NCBI GenBank assembly: GCA_037310415.1
Contig: CP147780.1
Span: 1,408,001 to 1,472,000, forward strand
DNA length: 64,000 bases
From: Candidatus Atabeyarchaeum deiterrae
GTDB lineage: Archaea; Asgardarchaeota; Atabeyarchaeia; Atabeyarchaeales; Atabeyarchaeaceae
Reading direction: 5' to 3'
The translations under genes and the position numbers were made by a program. The stretch's first letter is position 1. Every line of letters begins with the position of its first letter. Positions 40,501 through 50,580 of the stretch are shown piece after piece. The notes under the pieces are model-generated. The model had not been told where the DNA came from. It saw only the letters and a program-made list of their open reading frames with translations, and did no database searches.

Positions 40501-41007
40501 TTTCGATTCATCCTCCTACAAACTATTAACGAATTTAACGGCACAACTTGCTCTCTTCAACTATCATTGTTGAATTCATGTTCAACTTGTTTCCCTATCG
40601 TCGTTTGAACAGAAACAGAATTAGGCTCTTATTTAAGCATTTACCACCGCTGGTAGTATCTCCTCTGTTGCGACTAGTCTTCAACTTGCTTAATCCAAGA
40701 AAGCCCAGCTTGGGTCGCAGATTTGCCATGCTAACAGTATTCTGCCGACATACTACACATCATCAACAAAGAGAAAGTAATGTTCTCCGAAAAGGAAAAC
40801 CTCTCAACACGGAATCGAGATGTCTCAGACTCAAAACACACAGGAATGCATAACTCTGTGGCGCCGAGTGTCGTTTAAATAACTAAGACCCGAACAAGTG
40901 CATCGTGATTGCATTCTCAGTAGGAACTCTTTCTGGGCCTCCAGCACTCGATGATCAACAAACAATTTCATTTTCTATCTGCAGCATGTCGTGAGGGCAC
41001 GATAAAC

Positions 41008-42585
41008 ATGGGAAGGAAAGTCTTACTCGTTCAGCCTCCCGTTCTGTACTCAACGTGGGGCGAATACACAAAGCCATCCTACTTGGTTCCTCTAGCTTCA
41101 TTCATAAAGCAAAACGGATTTGACGTCAGGATATTAGATTTGCAACCGAATGGGAGCGAAGCTGGAAAACTATTCAAGACTATGAAAGAGTTCATAGACG
41201 ACTGTGAAAACACGTTGAACCGTTATGACTACGACATTCTTGGCGTATCATGCTGGACAAGTCAACACTACGTTCCATCGGTTCTTCTTGGTCTGATATC
41301 AAGGGTTATGAATCCCGACGCCATCAACCTTGTTGGTGGCTATCATCCTTCAATACTGCCATCAGATTTCCTGAAGTCAACTCGAAACCTTAGGTTCAAA
41401 ATACATTCTTCTGAGAGCGACTTGATAGATATTCCTGCAAGGTTGACTGAGTTCATTACGGAAGCAGGGAGACACTCCCCTGTTCTCGATTATATTATCT
41501 GCGGGGAAGGAGAGGTTCCGCTTCTTCAGATATGCAGGGATGAAGATGTAGAGAAAGGGAAGAATCGAAAAAGGACTAGAGTTATAACTGGAGAATCAAT
41601 GGAGGATTTGAATGAGATAGACTATGACTACTCGCTCCTTCTCGACGACAGTGACGGTGGCATAGAGAGCCCAAAGACTGGACTCGGTTGCCTTTGCGAA
41701 GGGATCCCAGTCTATCTAAGCAGAGGTTGCCCATTTAACTGTTGGTTCTGCACTGAAAAGAGCAAGGGCTCCAAGTCTTGGAGAAGTCTGACACCAAGCA
41801 AAAGCGTTCAGATAATAAAGAACATAATCGACAAATTTAACCCACCATTCATACTTTTTGCAGATGCCTGTTTTGGGGCAAACAGAGAATGGAAGACGAA
41901 ATTCCTCGATCAATTAGTTCAAGAAAGGAACAATAACACGAGGTATTGGTGCGAAACAAGTGTGAATTGCACCAGCAGAGAAGATCTGAAGGGATTCTCC
42001 AAACTACCGTTCGAGATCGCCTTTGGAGTTGAATCTGGATCTCCTAAGATGCTTGATCTCATGAACAAAACGACTGACCCTGACAGCTACCTGAATCAGC
42101 ATAGGAAGCTCATTGACGCATGCATTGAATTGTCAATTCCAGCTGGCAGCTACTTCATTTGGGGTTTTCCAGGAGAGACAGAGCAGACTCTAGGAGAGAC
42201 GCTAAGATATCAGAATAGTTTGCTGAGGATTGGCGAAGATCATCCCTACATTGATGTTGCAGGTCAATTCTTCTGTCTATTCCCTGGTTCCCACGTCTAC
42301 GAGAATATGGAATACTATTCGAAGGAATTCGGAGCAGTTTTCAGAGTTCAAGATTGGTGGAAATATATAACTAGGGACTTTAGAAAAATGGCAAGTCAAG
42401 TGGACCCGAGCAGAGCGCTTAGTTTGGCGGAAGAAACAGAAATGGTGTCATATGAATTCATGATTGATTGGAATAGGTTGAACTGGAATAGGGCTCGTCG
42501 ATACCGGTGGGCGTCCGCGAAGTCATCGACACAGAAGGTTGAAACCCCAGACGTATTTGACTTCAATTCGAACACAGCTAGATAA
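41008..42585 (+). CDS. Cobalamin-binding radical SAM protein
   Basis: N-terminal B12 domain (GVSCWT, VGGYHPS, GEGE), SRGCPFNCWFC, GVESGS and GFPGET motifs; ORF track starts at 40951. Confidence 0.9.
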   Translation: MGRKVLLVQPPVLYSTWGEYTKPSYLVPLASFIKQNGFDVRILDLQPNGSEAGKLFKTMKEFIDDCENTLNRYDYDILGVSCWTSQHYVPSVLLGLISRVMNPDAINLVGGYHPSILPSDFLKSTRNLRFKIHSSESDLIDIPARLTEFITEAGRHSPVLDYIICGEGEVPLLQICRDEDVEKGKNRKRTRVITGESMEDLNEIDYDYSLLLDDSDGGIESPKTGLGCLCEGIPVYLSRGCPFNCWFCTEKSKGSKSWRSLTPSKSVQIIKNIIDKFNPPFILFADACFGANREWKTKFLDQLVQERNNNTRYWCETSVNCTSREDLKGFSKLPFEIAFGVESGSPKMLDLMNKTTDPDSYLNQHRKLIDACIELSIPAGSYFIWGFPGETEQTLGETLRYQNSLLRIGEDHPYIDVAGQFFCLFPGSHVYENMEYYSKEFGAVFRVQDWWKYITRDFRKMASQVDPSRALSLAEETEMVSYEFMIDWNRLNWNRARRYRWASAKSSTQKVETPDVFDFNSNTAR

Positions 42586-42625
42586 GAAAATGCGAGTAGC
42601 AGATATCTTCCCAGTGAATTGCCTG

Positions 42626-43429
42626 CTAGCTAATTCTTTCTGGATCTGCTTTGACAGGTGGCTCACCTTTGACTTTAGTTGCTATCTCCCATGCTTTTGC
42701 GACATTTTCTTGTTTTCCTTCAAGCATTAGTGTAATAGCCCCTTCAGCTCCACCTATTCCCCCGCTGGCGATCGGGGTGGCTTCCACATTCGCTAAGATT
42801 CTAAAGGAATCAACTTCAGTGACGACCTCACCGGGAAGTATCATTATCCTGAACACTGGCAACCCCATCTGCTTCGATGCATTGACTCTGCCAGCCTCGA
42901 GTTTCTTACTAAGATCAGTGAGTGAATATGGGATCGTTTTCTCAAGACCGACAGGGACCACCAGGTTCAATCCTCTCTCATTCAGAGCTTTCCACGCGCT
43001 AGCTCCTAAGGTTCCGCCACTGGGATCGGCAGTCACGACTGCTGCCTTGTGCTGATGATCTACGGCGTTTGCACCCTTAATGAAGACATCCCTAGATCCT
43101 AGCTGATCAAAAACCTTTGGCAGTTCGTTCCGTTTAACACTAGAAACCTCGCCACTCCTGACTAGGAGCGCATTTAGCCTCCGTGACATGGATGTCGCTC
43201 CAAGCCCTTGAGGGATTATTATGCCCGAACTGAAATGCTCCTTGTCGATTTTCTTTCTTGTGATCTCCTCGGCCACGAATGAATTCGTGGTTCCCACTCC
43301 AATGACTATCGACCCTTCCTTCAGGGCTCTATTCACAAGCTCCATCTTGGCAACAGCTTTCCCAATGATTCTCTTCGATTCAGAGGGTGTGAGCGTTATG
43401 ACAGCCCTGAAAGACTTGCTTTCGGCCAT
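42626..43429 (-). CDS. Hypothetical protein with alpha/beta enzyme-like pattern
   Basis: LTPSESKRIIGKAV, GTTNSFVAEE, KGANAVD, PVGLEK and GGIGGAEG conserved-looking motifs; function not assignable. Confidence 0.75.
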   Translation of the reverse strand: MAESKSFRAVITLTPSESKRIIGKAVAKMELVNRALKEGSIVIGVGTTNSFVAEEITRKKIDKEHFSSGIIIPQGLGATSMSRRLNALLVRSGEVSSVKRNELPKVFDQLGSRDVFIKGANAVDHQHKAAVVTADPSGGTLGASAWKALNERGLNLVVPVGLEKTIPYSLTDLSKKLEAGRVNASKQMGLPVFRIMILPGEVVTEVDSFRILANVEATPIASGGIGGAEGAITLMLEGKQENVAKAWEIATKVKGEPPVKADPERIS

Positions 43430-43494
43430 GATCTATTGCGCCTCTGCTCTCGCGTCGGATGACTGATATTCAGTGCGACGTCACAGACTTAAAG

Positions 43495-44193
43495 CTATAT
43501 CTTTATGAGGCTTCCAGCGATTTTTGGCTCAAGTGAAACAAGCGCGGCTTTCCGGGCAAATGCTGGTCCAGGATTCACTGCTAAGGTTGAGTTGACTTCC
43601 TCGATTCCCGCAGATTCGTGGATGTGTCCACAGGCAGCTAGGACCGGTTTTTCTCTTAGAATAAACTGTTTGATGCTTTTGCTACCGACATTCATTCCAC
43701 GTGTAGTCCTGTCTAACGAAGTTGAGTATGGCGGATCGTGAGATACCAAAACCAGCTTCTCCTTCTGCTCAACAGATCTGAGTGTAACCTTCAGAATGGC
43801 GTCAATTTCATCCTCGCTTATGTTGAAAGGTGAGTAGAAAGGCGCCGGTATAGCGCCAGAAACGCCTAGAAAAGTGTAGCCGCGAAGAGAGTACGACCTG
43901 CGATGAAGGCAGATACCTCCAGCCCCTTTCACTCCTTCTGAGATCTCAGGAGGATCGAAGTTACCTGAAACATACAAGACGTTGGATGTGGCCTCTAATA
44001 GAGTACTGAGGATGTCACTTGCATCTTCTTCAGTTCCTGCATGTGTTAGGTCGCCGCAGACTATCATAGCATCGATACTTCTCTGTTTTGCATATTTGGC
44101 AACGCTGCGAGCAGCCTCGACCTCCCCATGATAATCCGAAGTCACCATTAGATCCAATTCTGATCCACCAACTTTCTGTTTCGGGGTCACCAC
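43495..44193 (-). CDS. Calcineurin-like metallophosphoesterase
   Basis: SDYHG, GDLT, GNFD, SHDPP, GHIHE and NPG motifs. Confidence 0.9.
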   Translation of the reverse strand: MVTPKQKVGGSELDLMVTSDYHGEVEAARSVAKYAKQRSIDAMIVCGDLTHAGTEEDASDILSTLLEATSNVLYVSGNFDPPEISEGVKGAGGICLHRRSYSLRGYTFLGVSGAIPAPFYSPFNISEDEIDAILKVTLRSVEQKEKLVLVSHDPPYSTSLDRTTRGMNVGSKSIKQFILREKPVLAACGHIHESAGIEEVNSTLAVNPGPAFARKAALVSLEPKIAGSLIKI

Positions 44194-44309
44194 TTTTCAA
44201 AATCAGTGCGCCTTTCATCTGAGAACCATCTGTGCCTCAACGAGAAGAATGGAGATATGCTAACCATTGAAACGAGCGCTTCACTTGACTTCATGCCCGC
44301 ATTGGTTAC

Positions 44310-44810
44310 TTAACTGCTGGTTCTACCTTCCGATGTCAGTAGTTTGCTTTCGACTTCTGTTGCAGATTCGATGTCGCCGCTCTTCTTGTACAATTCTGCT
44401 GCCAGCGTCAGGGCCTCTTTTGCTTCTTCCTCAAGGTTGAGCTCATGAAAACTCAATCCCAACCAGTGCCAAGCCTTTGCCAGTCTGGGATGAACTTCGA
44501 TGACTTTCTTGAAGGAATCTATTGCCCCCCGATAATCCCTTGAATTGAATTTCAAGCGCCCCATATCCATCCAGAGATTCAAGTCATTAGGATCTAGCCT
44601 GACGGCCACTTTTAGTGCCCTGAGTCCCCTATTCAGGTCGCCCTTAACCATAAAGGCTGAGCCGAGGTTCTTCCATGCCTTCGCGAATTTCGGATCAATT
44701 TCCAGGGCTTTCAGGTAACACTTGATCTCCTCATCAATATTCCCCTTAATGCCGTGCTCAACCCCCCTCGTATACCAATCCTTTGCTGCCAAAGCCCAAT
44801 CCCTCGACAC
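44310..44810 (-). CDS. Tetratricopeptide repeat protein
   Basis: About four TPRs (KALEIDPKFAKAWKNLG; HPRLAKAWHWLG). Confidence 0.88.
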   Translation of the reverse strand: MSRDWALAAKDWYTRGVEHGIKGNIDEEIKCYLKALEIDPKFAKAWKNLGSAFMVKGDLNRGLRALKVAVRLDPNDLNLWMDMGRLKFNSRDYRGAIDSFKKVIEVHPRLAKAWHWLGLSFHELNLEEEAKEALTLAAELYKKSGDIESATEVESKLLTSEGRTSS

Positions 44811-44937
44811 AATTTCTTCTAGTGTTGAAGCTGCAACGAACTGCCAGGCACTACCTCTTTTTCAAGCCCTCTAAAACCATTCTAAGACATTGGGAAAACA
44901 TCTTTATATAATATACCCTACGCAGAGAAAACGCATT

Positions 44938-45788
44938 TCAAGTCAACCTCAATGGCTCTTGATCTGCTTTTAGCAAGAAGGTTCGAGTCAAGTTCTCAGT
45001 TGAGAACTGACCATCTGTGTAATTCTTGTAAGTGCCTCTTATTCCCATTCTATTGAATTCTGCCTCTTTCCCGAAAACCTCATTAACTATTTGAGTAACG
45101 CTCGATCCTTGTTCGCTCAGTTTCAGTATTCTTCTGCCCAGTTCTTCTCGTATTGATATCGAACGATCAAGAACGCTCGAAGCATCAAAGATGGGATCAT
45201 TCACTCCTGGGAACATCACACGCGGAGAGAATTCCCTAATCTTTTTGAGCGAGGATATTGCTTGCCACTGGTTCTCCTCCAGACTCGCTCCGACAGGCTT
45301 GATGGTAACATAGAGGTCACCAACGAAAACCCAGCCCTCGCTACCTCTACCAAGGCGATGTGATCTCTGGTATGACCTGGCACGTAAACAACAAGGAACT
45401 CATGATTCTCAGTTTCAATAACGTCGGGAACGGGGGAAGGCTCAGACGGCTCGGGAATCCCCCAAGCAAAGACCTCAAACGAGGGAAGATCAGGTGACAC
45501 CCTCAACAGGGGAATCGCAAGCGGATGGGCGAAGATTGGAACGTTGCGAGTTGACTGAAGCAGGTGATCTCCTCCAACGTGGTCCTCATGGTGATGAGTG
45601 TTCACAACTTTAGTCAGCTTCTTCTCTTTTAGTACGTTTGCGATTTCCTTCTTCGTGTAATCGCACCCAGCATCAACTAGGAGGTCGTCGACGTGAAACG
45701 CTGAAACCCAATAGATGGGAGAGTCACCGATGGTGTTACTCATTTTTATTTGCGTGATAGAATCCTCGAAGCGATTTGTTTGGATCAA
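44938..45788 (-). pseudogene. Metallo-beta-lactamase-fold hydrolase with a frameshift
   Basis: THHHEDHVGG and PGHTRDH in one frame; GWVFVGDLY...RVMFPG continues in another frame after the GGG run at 45335-45337. Confidence 0.85.
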
Positions 45789-45984
45789 ATGATTATACGC
45801 TCCCAGCTGGTTCTGTTTTCTCTTGATGAATTAGTTCTTGATAGGAGCCAAGTATTCAACTATACCTTTAATATATGCGTTCCAAAATAGTGTCTTGCAA
45901 CCAATAGAAAACTTCTACCTAAAGAGCCTATCAGCGGCATATTTGCCGAATCAATCGCTCTAAACACATACAATTGAAGTTCCT

Positions 45985-47706
45985 TTGGAGGTTGAAGAGA
46001 ACTTGGAAGGCGTGAATCCACTTTTACCTTTGATGTCTAAAATCGAAAGAGAAATATTCGACTTATGGAAAGAGTTCGACCCCGCGGCAGCGTTCACGTT
46101 GGGCATCAAGGAATCAGCTGGCAAGATGTTCATCCCAGTCGACAAAAACATTGAAGCCATGAAATCAAAGATAAAGGCGACACTTAATAAGACAAAAGCA
46201 GTGAACCAAAGAAAACTGTTAGAATGTATGAACATGGCGTTAGACTTTCGAGAACCCCATCATGTTATCTCGAATGCAAGAGGCGCCTTTTTTGCCCACA
46301 TGGTGAAGGAAGGCATCAATCCAGATCACATGTTGACCCTAATCGAGAATACGAGGCGAGCGATAGATGCTAGCAAGGAGAAGCTCAGAGGAATGAAGTG
46401 GGCGACAGAAACCAAGATAATCGCATGCCAGTCCTGTGATGAACTGAAAGGTCTGCTAAAAACTATTGTCACGGAAACAAAAGATGAGCGTCTGAAAGCC
46501 GAATTAGGAGAACTAATCAAGGTCGTCGACGATTACAGAAATACTTTTCTTGTTGAGGGTCTAGCCGAGGGAGACTTCACAGAAGTGTTCCCCATAATTG
46601 AAAAGAGCGTGGGCGATCTTGGACACCGGAGCGTCTACCCCAAGATCCTGAAGTACATGTTTGACTACTATGAAACCCCCAAACAAATCGAGGACAAAGC
46701 TCTCAGACAGTTGAAGAGGGAATTACCTCTCTTCAGAGACATAATAAAGCGATTGGCAAAAGCCTACGGATGCGAACCGACATTCGAAGAAGTTACAAAA
46801 ATGATAATCAGAAGAAGTGAAATTCCAAAACCCAAGATAATGGAATATGTCCTGAACATAAGAAAAAACATCCTTAAGGTGCTAAGCAAGGATTTGGTCG
46901 GGATTACACCGAAATACGACACAAGAGTCATTGAGACCCCATCATATCTCGTCAACTTCATACCCACAGCTGCAACAAGTGCATTCAACATGTTAACTGA
47001 CAAACCCTTCTCGATTTTCTTCTTGACAACAGATGAAAAGAGGTCACCTCCAGCGGGCGCAGCGGACATGATTCAAACAATAGTCCACGAAGAAACAGGG
47101 CACTGTGTCCACTTCCAGAATTCAGCCACAGCCTTCGGAGGGAAACCCTCAATAGTGGACCTATTAGATTCATACTTGGGATACGCCATCAGCGACGCAA
47201 TTTCATTCCACAGGGAGTACGAATTCCTCAGGCTTTTGAAGAATCTTGCAGGCAAAGACCAAGACTCGCTCTCACCTGAGGAGAAAAACTTCCTTGATGC
47301 AATGCGAGGAGGACGAGATCTAAGCGTGGTCTTGCTTGAGAACGAGTTTATTCTGATGCAGTGGAGACAGATCAGATTCCTCAGAGCGATATTTGACTCT
47401 CGAGTGAACATGGGCAAGCAAACTGTAGCAGAATTTGTGAAATGGGGACACCAAATCACGGGTCTTCAAGAGAAAATGATTTTCAATCAGACTTTCATGT
47501 TCTTGGAGAATGTGGGCTATGCTCCAGTATACTTTATCGCTGGGGACGCTCTGAGAGAAATTCAGGAGAAAGCAATCAAAAGCGGTGTGAATCTAGTAGA
47601 CTTCAACACTTACGCCACCTCAATAGGCTATGGCGCTCGAACGGTATTCGAAAAAATGCTGAAGGACTATTCAAAGCGAAAACCGAACCCAAAGACTACG
47701 GGTTAA
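45985..47706 (+). CDS. DUF885-like putative zinc metallopeptidase
   Basis: IVHEETGHCVH, RAIFDSRVN and GYAPVYFIAG resemble DUF885 motifs (HE..PGH, R.v.D.g.h, pgqa..Y..G). Confidence 0.6.
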   Translation: MEVEENLEGVNPLLPLMSKIEREIFDLWKEFDPAAAFTLGIKESAGKMFIPVDKNIEAMKSKIKATLNKTKAVNQRKLLECMNMALDFREPHHVISNARGAFFAHMVKEGINPDHMLTLIENTRRAIDASKEKLRGMKWATETKIIACQSCDELKGLLKTIVTETKDERLKAELGELIKVVDDYRNTFLVEGLAEGDFTEVFPIIEKSVGDLGHRSVYPKILKYMFDYYETPKQIEDKALRQLKRELPLFRDIIKRLAKAYGCEPTFEEVTKMIIRRSEIPKPKIMEYVLNIRKNILKVLSKDLVGITPKYDTRVIETPSYLVNFIPTAATSAFNMLTDKPFSIFFLTTDEKRSPPAGAADMIQTIVHEETGHCVHFQNSATAFGGKPSIVDLLDSYLGYAISDAISFHREYEFLRLLKNLAGKDQDSLSPEEKNFLDAMRGGRDLSVVLLENEFILMQWRQIRFLRAIFDSRVNMGKQTVAEFVKWGHQITGLQEKMIFNQTFMFLENVGYAPVYFIAGDALREIQEKAIKSGVNLVDFNTYATSIGYGARTVFEKMLKDYSKRKPNPKTTG

Positions 47707-48418
47707 TCTTCGACAGTAGATCCGGCAAGGAATGAATCACCTTGACTTTGGTCAGCATACTCTTTCTCTTCTTCTTTGGGTCGAACAAGAAAGGGATCAA
47801 ACCTGCTCTCCTTGCTCCGACATAGTCGACTTGATATTCGTCACCGACAAAAACAGTCTCAGCTGGGGTGACTCCAAGCTTTCTTACAGCATGAAGAAAC
47901 GGCTCAGGATCAGGCTTCCTTTTTCCTAATGAATCTGCAGCAACAAGAACGTCAAACGCTCGTTGCATACTCAGTTTAGGAAGGATCTTCTCAAGATCTG
48001 ATTGATAACCATTTGTCACTATGCCAAGCTTGATGCCGCAATCTGTGAGGCTCTTTACGAGTTCGTAAGCGCCAGGTTGAACTCGCACTTCCATGTAGTC
48101 AAACCAGTGCTTGTCAATGTCCTCGGCCAGCTCAAGATCTCGTCCACGTATCCCAAGGCGATGCAGTATCCCAAGATTCCACCGCGTATAGTAGTCAGTG
48201 TCCTTGGGGACGCCACCTCCAATTTCCTTCTTCAGTTCCAACTCAGCTTCAAGCATAGCACGCTTCACATCACGAACAGATCTCTCAATACCTTTCAGTC
48301 TTAGGATTCTTTGGAAAGTATCGCAGAATTCAGTAGAGTCGATCAACGTGCCGCCCAAGTCAAAAAGAACTGCCTTGATCTTCACTACTAACACACCAAC
48401 TAGTATCGCTGAATCCAA
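47696..48418 (-). CDS. HAD-superfamily hydrolase
   Basis: FDLGGTL, VTN, KPDP and VGDEYQVDYVGA motifs. Confidence 0.92.
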   Translation of the reverse strand: MDSAILVGVLVVKIKAVLFDLGGTLIDSTEFCDTFQRILRLKGIERSVRDVKRAMLEAELELKKEIGGGVPKDTDYYTRWNLGILHRLGIRGRDLELAEDIDKHWFDYMEVRVQPGAYELVKSLTDCGIKLGIVTNGYQSDLEKILPKLSMQRAFDVLVAADSLGKRKPDPEPFLHAVRKLGVTPAETVFVGDEYQVDYVGARRAGLIPFLFDPKKKRKSMLTKVKVIHSLPDLLSKINP

Positions 48419-48666
48419 ACCAACATATGACGGGAGCAGATCTAACTAAGTGAGACACTTGCTAGCCTATTTAATCCCTATCTCCGACTTCATATGGCTC
48501 TTCAAAGTTGCCACCCTCATCCAATCGAAAACATTAATTAACAGTAAGACAGCAATTAGCATTCATTATCCCTACTAGGCGATTATGCCAATTACTCGAA
48601 TACGTGCTTTCAATCAGAAGAAAACAACTGGGAAAAGAACCTAGTAAGTGTGAGGGGTGAAATGCC

Positions 48667-48822
48667 ATGACCATATCACTTCTAAGACTAATTCTATTAT
48701 ACACTGGTCTAACGCTTTTGGCGATAGCTTTGACGATTGGGTTGTCTCAGGCAGTCCAGGATTTCTTGATCTATGCTCACAACATCCCAGCTTATCCTGG
48801 ATTTGCTGGCTTCCCAGCATGA
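48667..48822 (+). CDS. Small single-TM membrane peptide (51 aa), not in the ORF track
   Basis: GAGGGGTGA SD then ATG; MTISLLRLILLYTGLTLLAIALTIGLSQAVQDFLIYAHNIPAYPGFAGFPA*; sits just upstream of the membrane polyferredoxin. Confidence 0.7.
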   Translation: MTISLLRLILLYTGLTLLAIALTIGLSQAVQDFLIYAHNIPAYPGFAGFPA

Positions 48823-48907
48823 TTGCTGCAGGGCCGATGAGGCTTGCGCGATGAGGCGGTCGAGAACAATGCAAGAAAAGAAAGAGAGAAAAGACAGACC
48901 TAATCCT

Positions 48908-49831
48908 ATGTCTGAGACTTCCAAGCGGGGGATACATATTCCGATCCTCAGAATACTGAGGTTCTTCCTTCAAGTACTCTTCTTCGTGATCCTCAACGCG
49001 GGATTGTTCCAGCTTGTTTCAGTTGCATTTCCGATACCGATAATACCCGTGCTCTCAAGTTCAGGAGCGCCAGGGGTAACGGCAATAAGTGCCTTCGATG
49101 CTCTACAGCACAGCATCTCTGCCGTGATTCCTCTATTGCTCTTAGCGGCTGTTGCTGTCTTTCTCGTATCTGCTCTACTTGTGGGCAAAGCCTTCTGCGG
49201 CTACGTTTGTCCTTTTGGATTTGCTCAGGACCTAGTAGCATACATTCGAGTACCTCTGAAGACGAAAGAACTCGCAATGTCGCCGAAGACAACGAAAACC
49301 GTATTGAGAATCAAATATTACATTTTAGGTGTAATCGTGATCTTGGTCACAGTGGTTGGAGCTGCCACGCTCGCAGGAAACAGGGGCTATGCCTTGAGCG
49401 CAATTGGAGCATTCGGTGACATGCCTTTCTCAGTTTTCTCTCCATCTGACACTCTCTTCGCAGTAATCCCCGAATTGATTATTCTGCAGAAACCACTGAT
49501 AATAGGTTGGAGCCTCTTACTTTGGTCAAGAATGGTAATCCTCGTAATCAGTTTAGGCGCAGTGATTCTCATTCCAAGAGCCTTCTGCAGATATATCTGT
49601 CCAATTGCAGCGCTGATGGGACCCCTAAACAAATACAGCATAGTGGGATTAGAGAGAAACGTTGTCAAGTGCAAGGGCGAGCGATGCAAGAAGTGCGAGA
49701 AAGTCTGCCCAATGGGTGTCCCTGTGTTCACAGGGCCAGAGAAAAGGTTCAGCAAACACCCTCAGTGCATCCTATGCCTGAGATGCAAAGATGAGTGCAG
49801 GGAAAAGGCTATCCGATTCGCCGTGCCGTAG
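48908..49831 (+). CDS. NapH/MauN-like membrane 4Fe-4S binding protein
   Basis: FCGYVCPFG and FCRYICP motifs, two C-terminal ferredoxin motifs and about 5 TMs; ORF track starts at 48773. Confidence 0.88.
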   Translation: MSETSKRGIHIPILRILRFFLQVLFFVILNAGLFQLVSVAFPIPIIPVLSSSGAPGVTAISAFDALQHSISAVIPLLLLAAVAVFLVSALLVGKAFCGYVCPFGFAQDLVAYIRVPLKTKELAMSPKTTKTVLRIKYYILGVIVILVTVVGAATLAGNRGYALSAIGAFGDMPFSVFSPSDTLFAVIPELIILQKPLIIGWSLLLWSRMVILVISLGAVILIPRAFCRYICPIAALMGPLNKYSIVGLERNVVKCKGERCKKCEKVCPMGVPVFTGPEKRFSKHPQCILCLRCKDECREKAIRFAVP

Positions 49832-49892
49832 GTAACATCCACGAGACGGAAAAAGAACAATGGATCGATAGCTTCGACAGAATGCATAGTCA

Positions 49893-50381
49893 TCAGCGGT
49901 TTTTCTTGTCCTTGTCTTTTGCTGAGGTGTCTTCCTGCATTTTCTTCACTAACGAGGGTTTGACAACAAACCCTGCATCTTCACTTGAATGAGGCGGCGC
50001 TGCTTCTTTTCTGGGGGGTTCTCGCTGAGAAGACTTTGGCTGCTCCTGATTAGCGGAGGCTTCTTGAGGGATCTTGACTCTTTGCTCAAGGAAAACCATG
50101 AAATTCTTGAGTAACTCGGTCGATGACTGGACGTTCTTCAGGTAGAGTGTTTCCTTCTCCACAGACTTCTGTGAGAGAGTGTTGAGAATCCACTTCAACA
50201 CGTCACTTGTCGCCTGCATCTTAATGTTCAGTTCGCCAACTGACTTTGTTAGCCGTTGGATGCTTTCCTTTATTTCATAGAACGAGGATAAGAGAGAAGC
50301 GTCTGCCCCTTCAGGTTCAACCTCAGATAACTCTTCACTATTTGCATCGTCGACTTTCTGTTTCTTGTCTGGAGAAGCCAA
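49893..50381 (-). CDS. Hypothetical coiled-coil protein
   Basis: GGAGG SD before TTG 50381; heptad-like central helix and charged termini. Confidence 0.7.
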   Translation of the reverse strand: MASPDKKQKVDDANSEELSEVEPEGADASLLSSFYEIKESIQRLTKSVGELNIKMQATSDVLKWILNTLSQKSVEKETLYLKNVQSSTELLKNFMVFLEQRVKIPQEASANQEQPKSSQREPPRKEAAPPHSSEDAGFVVKPSLVKKMQEDTSAKDKDKKNR

Positions 50382-50580
50382 TTGGAAACATCCTCCGAAC
50401 ACTACATACTGATCAAACCGAATAATAACAATGACAACATATTATAGATAGTTGAAAAGGTCTTTAAGCAATCTGCCCAGCCTCAGGTCTCCCCCATTTC
50501 ATGCGTTGGGAAGGTCGCAATACAAACCTCAGCAACTTCTGAGAGTTCCATCTCATTAAATCGCAATTACGCTTGGTCAG

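Noticed and set aside
40780-40878. 32-codon ORF upstream of the B12 radical SAM gene as a RiPP precursor
   Set aside because: Weak SD, no leader/core pattern, and no transporter or protease nearby; an ORF of this length is expected by chance.
48820-48840. TGA codons after the small peptide as selenocysteine
   Set aside because: Read-through gives no CxxU-like or otherwise meaningful motif, and no SECIS was recognised.
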